DNA from: Cycas panzhihuaensis
Lineage: Eukaryota; Plantae; Cycadophyta
Length of the DNA: 64,000 bases
Direction of reading: 5' to 3'
Assembly (NCBI GenBank): GCA_023213395.1
Contig: CM041465.1
Location: 167,221,741 to 167,285,740, forward strand
The translations under genes and the position numbers were made by a program. The notes under the pieces are model-generated. The model was not told the DNA's origin. It made no database searches and saw only the letters and a program-made list of their open reading frames with translations. Shown here piece by piece: positions 1 to 14,200 of this stretch (its first letter is position 1; each line of letters starts with the position of its first letter).

Positions 1-1879
1 TGAAAGGGTACACGTTACAGGATCCTACTGCCCACAAAATCACCATTAATAGAGATGTTGTATTTGATGAATCTCCCCTTGTAAAATCAGATAGAGGAGA
101 AGTTGAAATGAAACAGGAGCAATAAGTTGAACATCAATAAGGCAAGTTTGAAATGCATCCATTTGTGGAATCAGAACAGCAAGAAGATCTTTCTGAAGAT
201 AAATCTGCAGTAGATTCACAAGAGTATGTGGACATTCCTCTGCCATTAGTTAGAAGATCTACACGAGTTAGTCATCCACCTGACAGGTACAACCCTTCTA
301 TTTCTATTGCTTTAGTTTCTAATGATGGTGAGCCTGCATGTTATCAGGAAGCAGTAGATGATATCCATGGTGAGAAGTGGAAAAAAGCTATGCAGGAAGA
401 GATAGATACTTTGAAGAAAAATAATTCATGGGACTTGGTAGAACTTCCATATGGTAGGAAGAGTGTTGGTTGTAGGTGGGTTTTCAAAAGAAAACAGATA
501 TTGATGGAAAGGTTGATAAATACAGGTAAAGACTGGTGGCTAAAGGTTTTGCACAGAAAGTAGGTATTGACTTTCATGAGATCTTTTTACCAGTTGTCAA
601 ACTTGTTTCAATTCGAGTGTTGTTAGCATTGGTAGCTTCTCTCAATTTGGAGCTGGAGCAGTTAGATGTAAAAATAGATTTTGTACATGGAGATTTAGAT
701 GAGGAGATCTATATGGATTAACCAAAAGGGTTTGTATAAGATGGCAGGAAAAGACTTATTTGTAGGCTCAAGAAATCATTGTATGGCCTGAAGCAATCAC
801 CCAGGCAATGGTATAAGAAGTTTGATGCCTTCATAGAGAGCAAAAATTTCAAAAGAAGTGAGTATGATCATTGTGTTTACTTTAAATTTATGGACAATGG
901 CTTATTCATTATCTTGGTATTATATGTTGATGACATGATGGTTGCAAGCAAGAGCATGGAAGAAATCAATAAACTAAAAGCTCAATTAGGTAGGACTTTT
1001 GATATGAAGGATCTAGGAGCTGCAAAATAAATCTTAGGCATGGAGATACACAGAGATAAGAAAAATGGTAAGCTATGGTTATCACAATAGAAATATGTGG
1101 AGAAGGTGCTAACCAGGTTTGGTATGGAACATGTGAAACTAGTGAGTATCCCATTAGCTTCCCACTTTAAGCTTTCTTCGAATATAAGTCCTAGTGGTGA
1201 AGAAGAAAAGGTTTATATGTCTCGTGTGCCTTATGCCAATGTAGTAGGAAGTTTGATGTATGCCATGGTATATACAGGACCTGATATTTCACATGCAGTC
1301 GGTGTAGTTAGCAGGTTTATGGCAAATCCAGGAAAGGAACATTGGGCTACTATGAAATAGGTGCTTCGATATTTGAGAGGCACAAGTGACTACTGCATCA
1401 CCTTTGGAGGTACAGGTAATCAGCTATGTGGATATGTTGATTTAGACTTTGTAGGAGATTTAGAGAAAAGAATGTCTACTTCAGGTTATGTTTTCACTCT
1501 TGCAAATGGTCCAATTAGTTGGATGTCCAAATTGCATAGCACAATTGCACTGTCAACTACGGAAGCTGAATATGTTACTACAGCACATGCTTGTAAAGAA
1601 GTAATATTGTTACAGGGTCTATTGGTTGAGCTTAGAAAGAGACAGGAAAATGTAAAAGTATTTTGTAATAGTCAAAGTGCCATTTACTTAGCTAAGAATC
1701 CATCTTATCACAGTAGAACAAAGTATATTGCTCTTAAGTACTATTTTGTTAGACAGGTTGTAGAAGTAGGTGGAGTGGCACTTGAGAAGATTAACACAAA
1801 TCAAAATTATGCTGATATTTTCATAAAACCAGTACCATTAGAGAAGTTCAAATGGTGTTTGACTTCTCTTGGCTTGTAG
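1..1879 (+). pseudogene. Ty1/copia pol 3' part (integrase tail, RT, RNase H), Tork/Tnt1-like, disrupted
   Basis: ORF pieces: WKKAMQEEIDTLKKNNSWDLVELP, AKGFAQKVGIDFHEIF, YGLKQSPRQWYKKFD, LYVDDM, MSRVPYANVVGSLMYAMV, STTEAEY, NYADIFIKP. Several in-frame stops and frameshifts. Confidence 0.95.
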
Positions 1880-1936
1880 AAAAGATGATGAAGGGTCCAA
1901 GAAAGGTACTGGGTAAATTGTTGTCAAGGTGGAGAT

Positions 1937-2568
1937 TATTGGATATTGTGATAACAATAGTTTGAGGCTAAAATTTTGGCATGTTGGTGGCACGGTTTCC
2001 CCCCCAAATCTTTCTCGGGGGGTTCCAAGTGAGCCCCCTTGCTAAGTCTTGGGGAATGGAATGCCCCCCGTTAAGAGGGGGTTCGAGGACGATAGCCCCC
2101 AACCCAAAAAATTAGCCCTATAAACCATATTAAATTGTAAAGAGAATTAGGGTCATTCGATACAAATACCCTAGATTCTACTGTTGAGATTTATGCCTTA
2201 GATGACCCTCTCATGTAGCCCAATTTAGAGCTTTTCTTATTATGTTGTATGTAATGAAATGTATTGTGATGAGGGTGGCAGTTGGTTGTTGTTCTTGAGA
2301 GCACTCTGCTACTAAGATGTACTTTTTCTCCATTCTACATCAATAAAGATTGATGCCTTTCCTATGTGGATGTTTCCCTAGCACACTACTAGGGTTTTAC
2401 CACGTTATATTAGGTGCATATGTGATGTTTAGCTTTCATATTCATGTTATTGTATTATCTCTGATTTTAGAACTTGCATGTTAAATGTTAGTTTTGATTC
2501 CTGTAACTAGTTGCAAAATAGTTCAGATCTTGTGGCGGTTTAAGGTTTGGGACCTTGTATTCTCAACA
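1937..2568 (+). repeat. 3' LTR of copia element 1
   Basis: Follows PPT AAGGTGGAGAT (1926-1936). Starts TATTGG (decayed TGTTGG) and ends CTCAACA. TATA-like CCTATAAA near 2117 and AATAAA at 2342. Confidence 0.8.
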
Positions 2569-2933
2569 ATCACGACGAATATCTTCATGAAATCGCTTCT
2601 TTTGGTGATCCTATTTATAGAAAATTTTAGAATATTCTTTTACCAAAATATATATATAATAATACCAAAATATCAAAGAAATGAGAAGGATGCAGTAATT
2701 CCAATAAATACGTTTAATTTTTTTGCAATGTCAAGCATGCTCAATGATCTAAGCATAAAGGAACTAATAGAGCAACTGCAACAAAAAAAGAAAATGGATG
2801 TACTAATCTAACTGAAAAGGCTTTGATTATGAGGCAATGACTGCTCAATATGAGAAATGAAGGATTGTAACGAAGTTACCAATAAAATAAAATAAAAATT
2901 TAAATATATTATCAGAAATATATCATAAGAAAA

Positions 2934-2934
<1 letters not shown>

Positions 2935-3009
<75 letters not shown>

Positions 3010-3012
3010 GTA
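2935..3012. repeat. (TG)n(TA)n(TGTA)n compound microsatellite
   Basis: Seen directly. Confidence 0.95.
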
Positions 3013-3254
3013 TTTGAGATCTTTTCAAATATATATTGGAGTAGATATATCAGAGATCAAGAAATATATATATATATGTTTAAATCTGAAAAAAAAAAAA
3101 TAAAAAACCTAATAAGCGATTTATAGCGAGTTGACTTGATTCTTCGATGAGAGATGGATATGTTGTAATATATGGCTTGTTGGGTTGAATATGCACCATA
3201 ACTTATAGATCTGAAAAAGAACTTGAAAAAAATGGTCAAATATATGATAAAATA

Positions 3255-3430
3255 TACAGATCTTAAAAAAATATAGCTGATCTGAAGAAAACTTGAATAA
3301 ATATTATAGATCTAAAAATAAATATTACAGATCTGTAGCTAATATTGCAGATCTAAATAAAATATTACAGATTTGAAACAAATAAACCAAAAAATTGTTA
3401 AATATTTGATAAAATGAGTAGATCTAAAGA
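3255..3430. repeat. Degenerate ~21-bp tandem repeat containing AGATCT
   Basis: Units like AAATATTACAGATCTAAAAAT. Confidence 0.7.
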
Positions 3431-4254
3431 AACTTTAAATAAATACTGCTTGTAACTGTGCTCTTACACAAATCTAAAAAAATATTAGATAAATAGATAA
3501 AATATGCTTAAAAAATGTCAAATATATGATAAAGATATATAAAACTTGTTGATAAAACCTCTTATAGAGTGATAAAACTTGATATTTGTTGTTTACAGCT
3601 ATACACCTACACAAATCTGAGAATAAATTTGAAATACATTTGTTATAGTATAAGTATATCTTCAAGAATAATCAAATCTGATAAAAAACTACTAAAAAAA
3701 CTTTGCAGAAAGTAAATGTAATCAATATTTGCTTGCTTGAGTAAATCTACTTTAAAATGCCAATAAATCTTATTGCTCTTCACAAAAACTTCAATAGGAG
3801 ATTCAACAACCCAACAAAATGCTCATAGATCTTTTTGCTCTAATACCAAATGTAGGAAAAATAATCAATAGAGAATAGGGCAGAACATAAAAGAGATAAT
3901 CATAAATCAATACCTCAGTGTTGCATAAATAAGAATCCTTTGTATTTAATCCATTGTTATGAAGAGAGTATTATAAATGTCCACAATGAAGGCAGTGTCT
4001 AAAGACACCAGGGTTACACACCCCTCAAAATATATAGTTTGGGGTAGGAGAGAAACTCCTCAACCCCTAAAATTTAAATAACAATAAAATAATAACTTAA
4101 TTCAAATGAACTTAACTCAAATTAACTTAAATCAAATCAACCTTACCTTATACTTACCTACACATGTGAGCACCCACATGTGTAAATTGATGAGAGTGAG
4201 GTGTGCACTCTTGGTTAGAAGATGGGAGTGGGGTGATGAGCATTAATCTCAATA

Positions 4255-5455
4255 AAGACACTTTTAATAATGTTTGGAGTTTGCAGCCTCCTTCGTAGCC
4301 TAGCAAAAGGTCACATGTAGTGACCTGGTGACCATGGGCCATTTTCAAAAAGGGCTTAAGGACCCATCCTTTTAATTTTTATTCATACGTAGGTGTCTGT
4401 ACTGTTTCTTTAATATCTTTCAAACTAAGAGTCTATTTTTTAAACGGTTTAAACCATTAGAAAGTTAATACATAGCTTTACACTTTAGAATTAGTTTGAT
4501 ATTGATTTAAAGTTCTTTTGTAGGTCTTTTAAATTACTAAAGTTGACCCATCTTATTGGTCCTTATTTGAGTATTTACCATTATTTTAAAAGTTATTTTT
4601 AAAATTTATTCAAGAATATTAATGATATATTGTTGTACTAACTACTGATAATAGATTTCATCTCATTATTTAAACTTATAAATATTTTTTGGCTAATTTG
4701 GAGTAGGGTTTCTTTTGAAAAGGAAGCAAATAAATTAGGTCAATTTCTTACAAAAAAATAGCATTCTAAACCTTTTTTACCATTTTAATTTATTTCATTT
4801 AGTACTATTTGACTCATTTACATTTTATTTGGGTTGGTTTTATTTAATTTCATTGTAAATATTTCAAGCTTTTTTAATTATTAATAAAAGGAACCATTGC
4901 TTGTAAACAAGACCATATCTAAGATTAAATTTTTCACATTAACAAGATAACTCCTAAATAAACCACCCTTATTTTCTAGCCTTATAAGAGGAATAGGTAG
5001 GGCCCCTAAAGTTACCACTCTGTATATGCCTTTGGTGTACTCTAAGTTGTTAAGGAAACCATTTTCTATAAGGTGTATTTAATGGTAGGATGAGGTGGAG
5101 AACCTTTATCCTTTGGAGTTTGGAGACCAGACTAGACCCAGAGGGGGTTAATGCCTTAGTTAGTCAAACTCTCAATACTAGATCTACGACTATGTATAAG
5201 ACTAATGCACATAGATTGACAAATCATGGGGGTTTTTAACCTTCTTTGTAGCATGTGCATTAAGGTATATCAAGCCTTGAGCTCATGTATCTGTATATTG
5301 GGTTCCTAGTTTACCACTTATGGGTAGGTGCTATTAGACATGATAGTAACTGAGAGGTTTCCTTGGAAACCCTAATACATATAACTCTAGATTAGAAACC
5401 CCATAGGTAGATAGGACACAAATAAACTTAAAATTTATTAGGGGACATTAAAACA
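4255..5455 (+). repeat. Probable 3' part of an unrelated LTR
   Basis: Non-coding; TATA-like CTTATAAG near 4981; ends GGGGACATTAAAACA just before copia-2 gag. No partner LTR in the window. Confidence 0.4.
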
Positions 5456-5488
5456 TAATTAAATTATAAGGCAACAACACTTAGAAAT

Positions 5489-8400
5489 ATGATTATTCCC
5501 AAATTTAACGGAAAAAATTTTCTTAATTAGAGTAAGAGGATAAAGCCTATTTTCATAGCCAAAGATATGTGGGAATTTATTGAGGAAGGATTTGATAAAT
5601 TAAAAAAAAATACCACCTTGGATGACAAAATAATTTATAGAGAATATGTCAAGAAGGACAATAAAGCCTTAGCACTTATTTTCTATGCTTTAGAAGATCA
5701 TATATTTCCTAGAGTGAGTGAAGACACTACATCAAATGAAGCATGGGATACACTAAAGTTGATTTATAAAGGAGCTACCTCAACTAAGCTTCAATCCCTT
5801 AGAAGCAAGTTTAAAAATTTGAAGACGTTATCAAGAGAGTGTGTTAATAAATTCATTACCAAGGTCTAAGACCTAGCCAACCAAATAAGATCCCTTAGAG
5901 AAGTGTTAACCAAACAAAGAGTTATGGAAAGAATACTAAGATATGTTAGAGAAGTTAAGTGATTTAAAATGGTTGTTACAAGTATCAAAATTTTAAAGGA
6001 CTTAAGTACTATCAAGATTGAGCAATTGAGTGCCATGCTCCTTATTATGGAAGAAAAGAATGGAGGAAAAAAATCCTTAAAATATACTTTTACTATAAAG
6101 GCAAGGATTAAGCAAAATAACTAAGGATAAAGTTTTAGGGGGAGGGCTCCATCCCTTAGAAGAGGAGAAAAGAACTGAAGTCATATCAAGAATCAAATCC
6201 TAGGAACCAAAGGTCAAATCAATGATCTACTCCTAGATATCAAGACTCAAGGCAACAATATCAAGAACCTCCTCAAAGATATCAACTACCAAATCTAAGG
6301 TACCAAGGGAGGAACAATTTCAATAATCAAGATAGAATATAATAACAGAATCATTATTGCCATGGACACAATTATTTCAAGGACTAAGTCAATGTTATCA
6401 AGGACCGAATCATATGGGTTATCAAAGGTAAAGTTAAACCCCATTCCTTGAAAGAGGTAAATCAACCTCTAGAGGTGCAGGAACCTCTAGAAGTAGCAAC
6501 AATAGCCAAAGGAGTAGAGAACCCATTCAATACTCATATAGCCATAAGATTGGATATATGGAGGATCGTTGCTTTTCCAAGAATGTAAACCACCAAAGAG
6601 GGAGTGTAAATACAATAACTGGAAGTAGAGAAAATGATAGACTATTCTTATCAAGTCTTATAGCCAATAAAGAATAAGATAGTTGGTATATAGATTTATG
6701 ATGCTCAATGCATATGATACATAAGGATGAAATATTCAAAACTATTAATAAAATCAAAAGAGTAAAGATTTTATTTAGGGACAACACTTCACATGAGTCA
6801 ATTGGTAGAAGCAACATTATCATCACTATAGAATCGGGACAATCAAGGTACATTGATGATGTGTTGCATGTACCAACCTTGAAAAAGAATCTACTTTCTA
6901 TAGGATAGATGATGGAATAGGATTATAAGGTCATCTTTGACAATGGTGAATGTATAATCAAAGATAAGAGAATGAATAAAGCCATTGTAGCCAAGGGATA
7001 AATGACTAGTGAACGACTATTTAAGCTAGTCATTCCTCCAATAGATAACTATGCATTGAAAGCTTCTACTAAAGTTGGAAGAGAGACATGATATGAACAC
7101 TTTGGCTATCTAAGCTATAGTAGCGTAGCCTAAATGAAAAGAATGAATATGGTTGAAGGCTTACTTACCATTGAAGGAAATAAAGAAATATGTGAAGGGT
7201 GTTTATTTGAAAAGTAACATAGAGAGAGCTTTCTAAATAATAGTTATAAAGCATAAGGCCCCCTCTAATTAGTATATATAGATTTATATGGTCCTATGGA
7301 TGTACCCTCATTTGGAGGAGCTAAATATTTCATGATATTCATTGATGACTTTGCAAGAAAAACTTGGGTATATTTCCTAAAGTTTAAATCAGATGCCTAT
7401 CAATATTTTATTGACTTCAAATCCTTTGTGGAGAAGTAAAGTAGACATCAAATCCTCTCCCTTAGATTAAATGATGGGGGAGAATTTACATTGAATAAAT
7501 TAAGAGATTTTTATATCCATAATGGCTTAAGGAGGTAATACGCCAATCCATATACTCTATAATAGAATGGAGTAGCTGAAAGAAAGAATAGAACCATTGT
7601 TGAAATGGTAAGGTGCGTGCTCAAGGACAAGCAACTTGGACATGAATTTTAGGTAGAAATCATACAAACAACTGTCTATCTATTAAATAGGTGTACCACT
7701 AAGGCACTAAGGTGGGTTACACCTGAAGAGGCTTGGACAAGATGTAAGCCAAGTATTCACTATTTAAAAATCTTTGGTTGTCTAGTATTTGTTTATATAC
7801 CTAAGCAAAAGAGAATGAAATTGGATGTTAGATATACTAAGTATATATTTATAGGATATTATGATTTAACTAGATCTTATAAGATATTTGACCCTAAAGA
7901 GAAGAAGATAATCTTGAGTAGAGATATTATCTTCAAAGAAGATGATTATTATAAAGCAAAGATTGAAAAAGACAAAGGTAAGAACATTATAGTAGAGTTT
8001 GATTCATATCTTACATCAACAAATGTGCCTTCACATGTGCCAACTCAACATGACACAAGTCCTAATAAGACTGGACCTTTCTCATCCAGTCAAAATGTTC
8101 CAAAGTGGGTACAAAGATAACATGACCTAGTGAACATGCTTGATAATAATTTTTAAAGGAGATCCACATGTTCCAATAGGATCAACTACACCCTAATGAG
8201 CCAAGTTATGGACTCACATTAGCCTCACACTTTTAAAGAGGCTAATACCCAATAAGAATAGTAAAATATAATGTAGGAGGAGTACAATACATTGGTAAGA
8301 ATGACACTTAGGAGTTGGTTAATCTCCCTCCAAACAAATCTATAATTGGCACCAAATAGGTTTACAAGATGAAATTCTAATCAAATGGCTCTACTGATAA

Positions 8401-9712
8401 ATATAAAATAAGGCTAGTAGCTAAAGGATATACCTAAATCAAAGGAATTGACTGCAATGAAACATTTAATCTTGTAGCTCGAATGGAAACAATACATCTT
8501 ATGTTAAGTCTTGTTGCACAAAAGGGATGGATCATCTAATAAATAGATATCAAAAGTACCTTCTTAAATGGATACATAGAAGAGAAAACCTATATCCAAT
8601 AACTAAAAGGCTTTGAAGTCAAAGGGGAAGAAAACAAGGTATACAAACTTAAGAAAGACTTGTATGGATTAAAACAAGCACCTAGAGCTTAGTACTCTAG
8701 GATAGATAACTATTTCAAAGACAAAGGGTTCAAACGAAGTCAATCAGATCCTAACTTATATATAAAGATTGAAGGTGACTGTATACTTATTATGGGACTC
8801 TATGTTGATGACTTAGTCTACACTAAAAATAACTCCCAATTATGATAAGTATTTGGGCCTTATGCATTACTCCTTAGGTTTGGAAGTATGGCAAGACAAA
8901 AATGATTTTTTTGTATCTCAAAGAAAATACACATTAGACTTACTTCAAAAATTCAAGATGAATGATTGTAAGGCATTGGTTATACCAACAGAAATTGGAA
9001 TAAAGTAATCCAAGCTCGATGATTCTATATTAGTTGATCCTACACTTTATAGGTAGTTGGTTGGTAGTCTAATCTACCTAATATCAACTTGTCTTGATAT
9101 TTTATATTTAGTAAGCATGGTATCTAAGTTTATATAAGAACTTAAGATAACACATTGGCAAGTGGCTAATAGAATACTTCATTATCTAAAAGGTATAATT
9201 AGTTGTGAGTTATATTATAAGTCCTTGACAAACTTTTGGTTGATTGGCTACAAATGATTTAAATTGGGCAGGTTGCATTAATGATAGAAAATCCATATCA
9301 TGTTACATTTTTAACACGGGATCAACTTTAATCGATTGGAGTACCAAAAAGTAAAATACAGTTTCCTTGTCTACTATAGAAGTAGAATATAAAGTAATAG
9401 TAGAAGGAGCATGTAAAATAATTTAGTTACGTTGGTTACTCCATGACCTACAAATAAAATAGGATGGACCTATACACATGATATATGATAATTAGAGTAT
9501 AATTCAAATGACATACAATCTAGTATTTCATGGATAAACAACGAATATTAAAATACAACATCACTTTATTAGGGAATTAGTACAACTAGGAGAAATTGAA
9601 TTGGTTTACTATAGCACATATAAATAGCTTATTGATATCTTTACAAAGGCTCTTGGAAGAATCAAATTTCATAAATTCAAAGAAAATCTTAGAGTTATAC
9701 AAAATAAACATT
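5489..9712 (+). pseudogene. Ty1/copia gag-pol (Ivana/Ale-like), heavily decayed
   Basis: IPKFNGKNF and KDNKALALIF (gag N-terminus); protease region with LKKNLLSIG; integrase DLYGPM..KYFMIFIDDF; RT LYGLKQAPRA and LYVDDL; RNase H DIFTKAL. Many C>T-derived stops. Confidence 0.92.
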
Positions 9713-9723
9713 ATAGGGGAGAA

Positions 9724-10033
9724 TGTAAGTTATAATGTTCATTTATTTTATTATTAAGGGTGCATGCTAAATTAGAACATCATGGAACTGCTAGAAACTG
9801 ACATCATCTAACTTAGTCATTAGGTATGTGTTATTTTATAATTTATTTTAAATGGTATTTTTGAATACCAAATTCAGTCGATGGCGGGCTTGCCCAATGT
9901 CATGACTATTTATACAAGCCTTCTTAGCCCAATGGCATTCCTTAACACTACCTACTTTATACAAATATTTTGTTATTTTCATAATATTTACGTTATAGTT
10001 CTATTTTACTCTGCCCTCTAGCCTTTACTAACA
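9724..10033 (+). repeat. 3' LTR of copia element 2
   Basis: After PPT AGGGGAGAA (9715-9723); TGTAAG...CTAACA. Confidence 0.7.
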
Positions 10034-11089
10034 CATATGACCAAGGCACTAGGTAATTAAGTATTAATTATTAACTTTTATGCATGGGTTATTAAGTCCA
10101 CCAATGAAATGAAAGGTCATTTAGCCCACCAATAGTATTGAATGGAAAAGCCCCTAGTTTGTTTATTTGAGGATCACAAATTATAAAAGAAGGTTGCTAT
10201 GTAATTATCTTCTCTTAAGAGAATTATACTTTAGTATTTTCAATCTTATTTGGTGATCATTCAGTGCTCTTATTATACTCCATTTGTATAATCAATTTCT
10301 AATATCAATGAAGGTGTGGTATTTCCTCTTTATTTTTCATTATCATTTTAGTATATGAGTAAATAGTAAAGAAAATAATATCCTAAGTGGTATCAAAGCC
10401 AAGTTGTAGATTATCCATGACTTTAAAAATATGATCAAGAGAAAGTAGGAGTAGTAGAAGGAGTAAAGAAAAAGTTAGAAAACTTTTTCCCTTGGTGAAA
10501 ATTTGAAAACCCGCTTCCACTTCCATTTTTTATTTCTGCGTTGTTACTATTTTTTGGAATTTTGTGATCAATTGTAAGTAGGCAACAAGACTCTTTCCCC
10601 CCCCTATCCCCTAGTTGTTAAGTAGAGACCCTATATTGAGGGTCTTTAAAAATCATAGAGATCTATTATTTTAGGCCAAATGTACATGGGTATATACATG
10701 TGCATGAAGCAAAGCAAATAACATTACTTACATAGGCCTTAAATAGAACATTACATAGACCTAGCTACATGATTGAGTCTCTACGTACCTTTGGGTATAT
10801 CAGAAGACCCTTATAGGTTCTCTTGCCTTACATAGCATAGGAAAATTATTAGTTGTATGTCCTTTGCAGTACACTAATTAGTGGTTAGCATCGAAGTTAC
10901 TCTTTATGAACATCCCAACATGGCTATCATGAATATGAGTATGGATTTCCTCCATGGTTGGTACCCTAAGAGATTGAGTCAAGCAATAGTAATGACTAAG
11001 AAGTTTATGGAGAGGCTTGTAAAATTAGCTACACCTTGATTCATTAATTCTAGATACTTCCAAACATAGCCTAAAATCATTGAGGCTAT

Positions 11090-11285
11090 TGTATATATAA
11101 ATATAAATTACTAAAATTGTTAGACATCTAAATATAAATTACTGAGACTTTTATACATTTGAATATACATTACTAAAACTGTAGTAATAATACAACCTTG
11201 AATTATAGAAGTAGTAATATAATGACAACATAAAAGCTCCATAGTCTGAATTATAGCAATAGTAATACAATAATAATATATGAGT
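11090..11285. repeat. Short degenerate tandem repeats (~30 and ~49 bp) in chromovirus leader
   Basis: AATATAAATTACT x3; TGAATTATAG.A.TAGTAATA x2. Confidence 0.55.
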
Positions 11286-14200
11286 ACCACTATCTAAATT
11301 CTTCATGTCCAAACCATTAACACAATTTTCAATCCATCAGCTAGTTGAGTCCAACCTTTTCCTTTCAATCAATTTAAAAAAAAAAGAAAAAGAAAAAAAA
11401 ATACTCAGGGTCACTTCACCGAATACATCTTTGATTCTAGTAAAACCTACACTATTAGGCTCAAGATTAAAAAGAAATTCCATAGCTTACAAATTATCTT
11501 ATCAATTTATGTATCTTATTTCAATCAGTATATTACATTAATCATTTTTTATTAGGTAAAATTTAGTTGTCGCTTTTGGAAAAAATTGGCGTATAAGCTC
11601 TTATGGGCCTCATAGGTAAGAAATTTTCACTTAAAAACTCATATATACCATCTTGACAAGCTTTTTACACTTATTTTAGTTTACTAGGTGATTTTCTCAC
11701 TTATTTTCAAGCTTGACATGCTTTAGACACCCCACTCCCTCATCTCCACCCCCTAATCTTTTCCTTTTTATTAAAATTCCCACTTCTCTAAGGCTCGTTC
11801 TATCTATTTATTCCCCAATTTTTAAAATTCCATTCTATCTCACTAATCCCATCTCTTATATCCTTTTCTTTTTACTTGTGTACCTCTTCTAATAATTTCC
11901 TTCTATCTTTATGATGGCTCCTCCCAATTAGGCGTAATATATCCTCACATTAGAAACTCAATTCTAGAACTTTTAGGAAGAAATAAATGCTAACATATTT
12001 TCTCTTACATTAAAATCTAACATAATTATAATACTAGACCAAATGGTATAAATGATAACTCAAGCATCATAATCAACCTCAATCTACAAGCAACACTCCT
12101 TCACCACAATAGACAAGCATTCCTTCTCCATGACAACAATGACTCCATCATAAAATAAATATTCTTACCTTCGATCTAGATCTTAATAGGGATAACATAT
12201 ATCATTGGATAAGTAAACTAGAATCTTACTTTTCCCTTAATCCAATGTCTAAGGATGTTCAACTAATATTTATATCCATTCATATGGAAGGTAGAGTATA
12301 TCATTAATTCTATTGGCAATAATGGGAATATCTTATAAATAAGACATGGGCATATTTCTCCACTTGTTTCTTTGATTAACACAAAGAAACTTAAAACTAA
12401 ACCTTCTTCAACTAGCTTAAAATATTAAAGCAAGTGTCATTGGTTGAAGCTTATACTAATGAATTCTAAAATTTATAGAATCACATCATCTAAATTTTAG
12501 ATAAGAAAATAAAGATCAATACTTATGTTATAGAATTAAAAGAATATATCTAAATATACTTAAAATCTTTGGAAATATCAAGTCTAAAGGACATGATAAG
12601 AATGGCTAAAATAGTTGAAATAACATTTATAATGGAAAGGAAATCTTTTTTTGACAAGACTCCGCATGATAATAATAACCACAACAAGTTGAGTTCCCAC
12701 AATAATGACCTCTAGTTGATGACTTACAAAGACTTGTAATAGAATAACCTTCTAAAGAATCCTCAACCAAACCAATCCAAGTTCCACCAATAGAGATATA
12801 TTGATACAAGAAGCTAGTCTTTGTATCTAATGCTTCAAAAAATGGACCCTTGGACATGGAAATGCCTATAAGGCTAAGAGAATGGTATTCACAATTGATC
12901 TTAGTTTGTCCCCTAAAAATGATTATGATTTTGAACAAGAATTTAAAGAAGAACCCCTCTTAGAGCATTCCTCAACTCTAGAGTTAGAGGTCTTCTTATC
13001 TATTATAGCCTTAACTTTGTGCCCAAAGCTATTATATGTTAGAGTAATACTTAAGAAAACACCTTTTACCATCCTAATCGATAGTAGCATGTCATTAAAC
13101 TTCATTAATATTTCTTGTTCTTTGGTTAGATAACTAAATATTTATATTATACTAAGAACTAGATTTACATGTTCCTTGTTAGGACATTATACTTTTCATT
13201 ATATAAGAATAATCAAGAACCTTACTATCTAAATTGATATCTATTGGATATTATCCTTGGAGTCTTATACCTCCAAACCCTAGGAATATATGACACTAAT
13301 AACTCCCCTACTAACCCATTCATTTTATTTAAGGACCATATAGGATAAATCTATAAATTCCATAGTATAGAACTCTTCCCTAATAAACTAATTTTACTAA
13401 ATTATATGTTTAAATAACTAAGTAGCCATGTGGGGTATATCACATGCATTTATAACATCTAAGCCCACATAGGTATTTATCTAGATATACAACATATTCT
13501 TAATAAATATCAAGTTATTTTTGCCCCCTTGTTAATTGGCCCCCTACCACATTATGGGTGTCATATACCATTGAGCTAAAAAATCCTCATGACCCTATCA
13601 ATCTTTAACCTTATATAAATTCTATTTTTTTTTTTTTAAGAAATTAAAAAAATTACTAATGAACTAATAGAAATAGGGATAATCCAACCTAGCAAGAGCC
13701 CATATCTTATCCCTATTATGTTAGTTAAAAAAAAAGGGTACTTTAGGCTTTATGTCATTTATTATGAGCTTAATAAAGTAACCATAAAAAGTAAACTTTC
13801 CACTATGAGAATTGATAACATATTAGATGAAATTCATGGTGCCATAGTTTTTACTAAATTATATCTCTAATTAAGATATTATCAAATTCTTATTGAACCT
13901 AAAGATGGACACAAAATTGGCTTTAATATACATCATGACCACTTTGAGTTTTATGCCATGCTTTTTAGCATATGTAATGCTTTATCCACCTTTTAATCTC
14001 TAATAAATAAGGATTTCACCCCATACTTGAAGAAATTTTTCATTATTTTCTTTGATGATATGCTCATCTATAGCTCAAGCATGTCGCTTTACACTCATTG
14101 GTTAGAAATAATTTTATAAATTTTGGCCAAACACTAATTATATGACAAGCTCTCTAAATGTGAGTTTCGTACGTCTAAACTATAATTCATAGGTCATATT

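Larger units (their letters stand above)
2569..4254 (-). mobile_element. Old copy (5' part) of the non-autonomous LTR family also seen at 22931-27881
   Basis: 3851-4254 is the reverse complement of a homologue of the 27386-27881 LTR (shared GGTGTCTTTAGACAC and GGGGTTGAGGAGTTTC). tRNA-iMet PBS TGGTATTAGAGC at 3837-3848 (minus). AGATCT-rich internal region as in the young copy. Confidence 0.85.

Noticed and set aside
2485-3665. Short ORFs as host genes
   Set aside because: Low-complexity AT-rich or microsatellite translations inside a decayed element.
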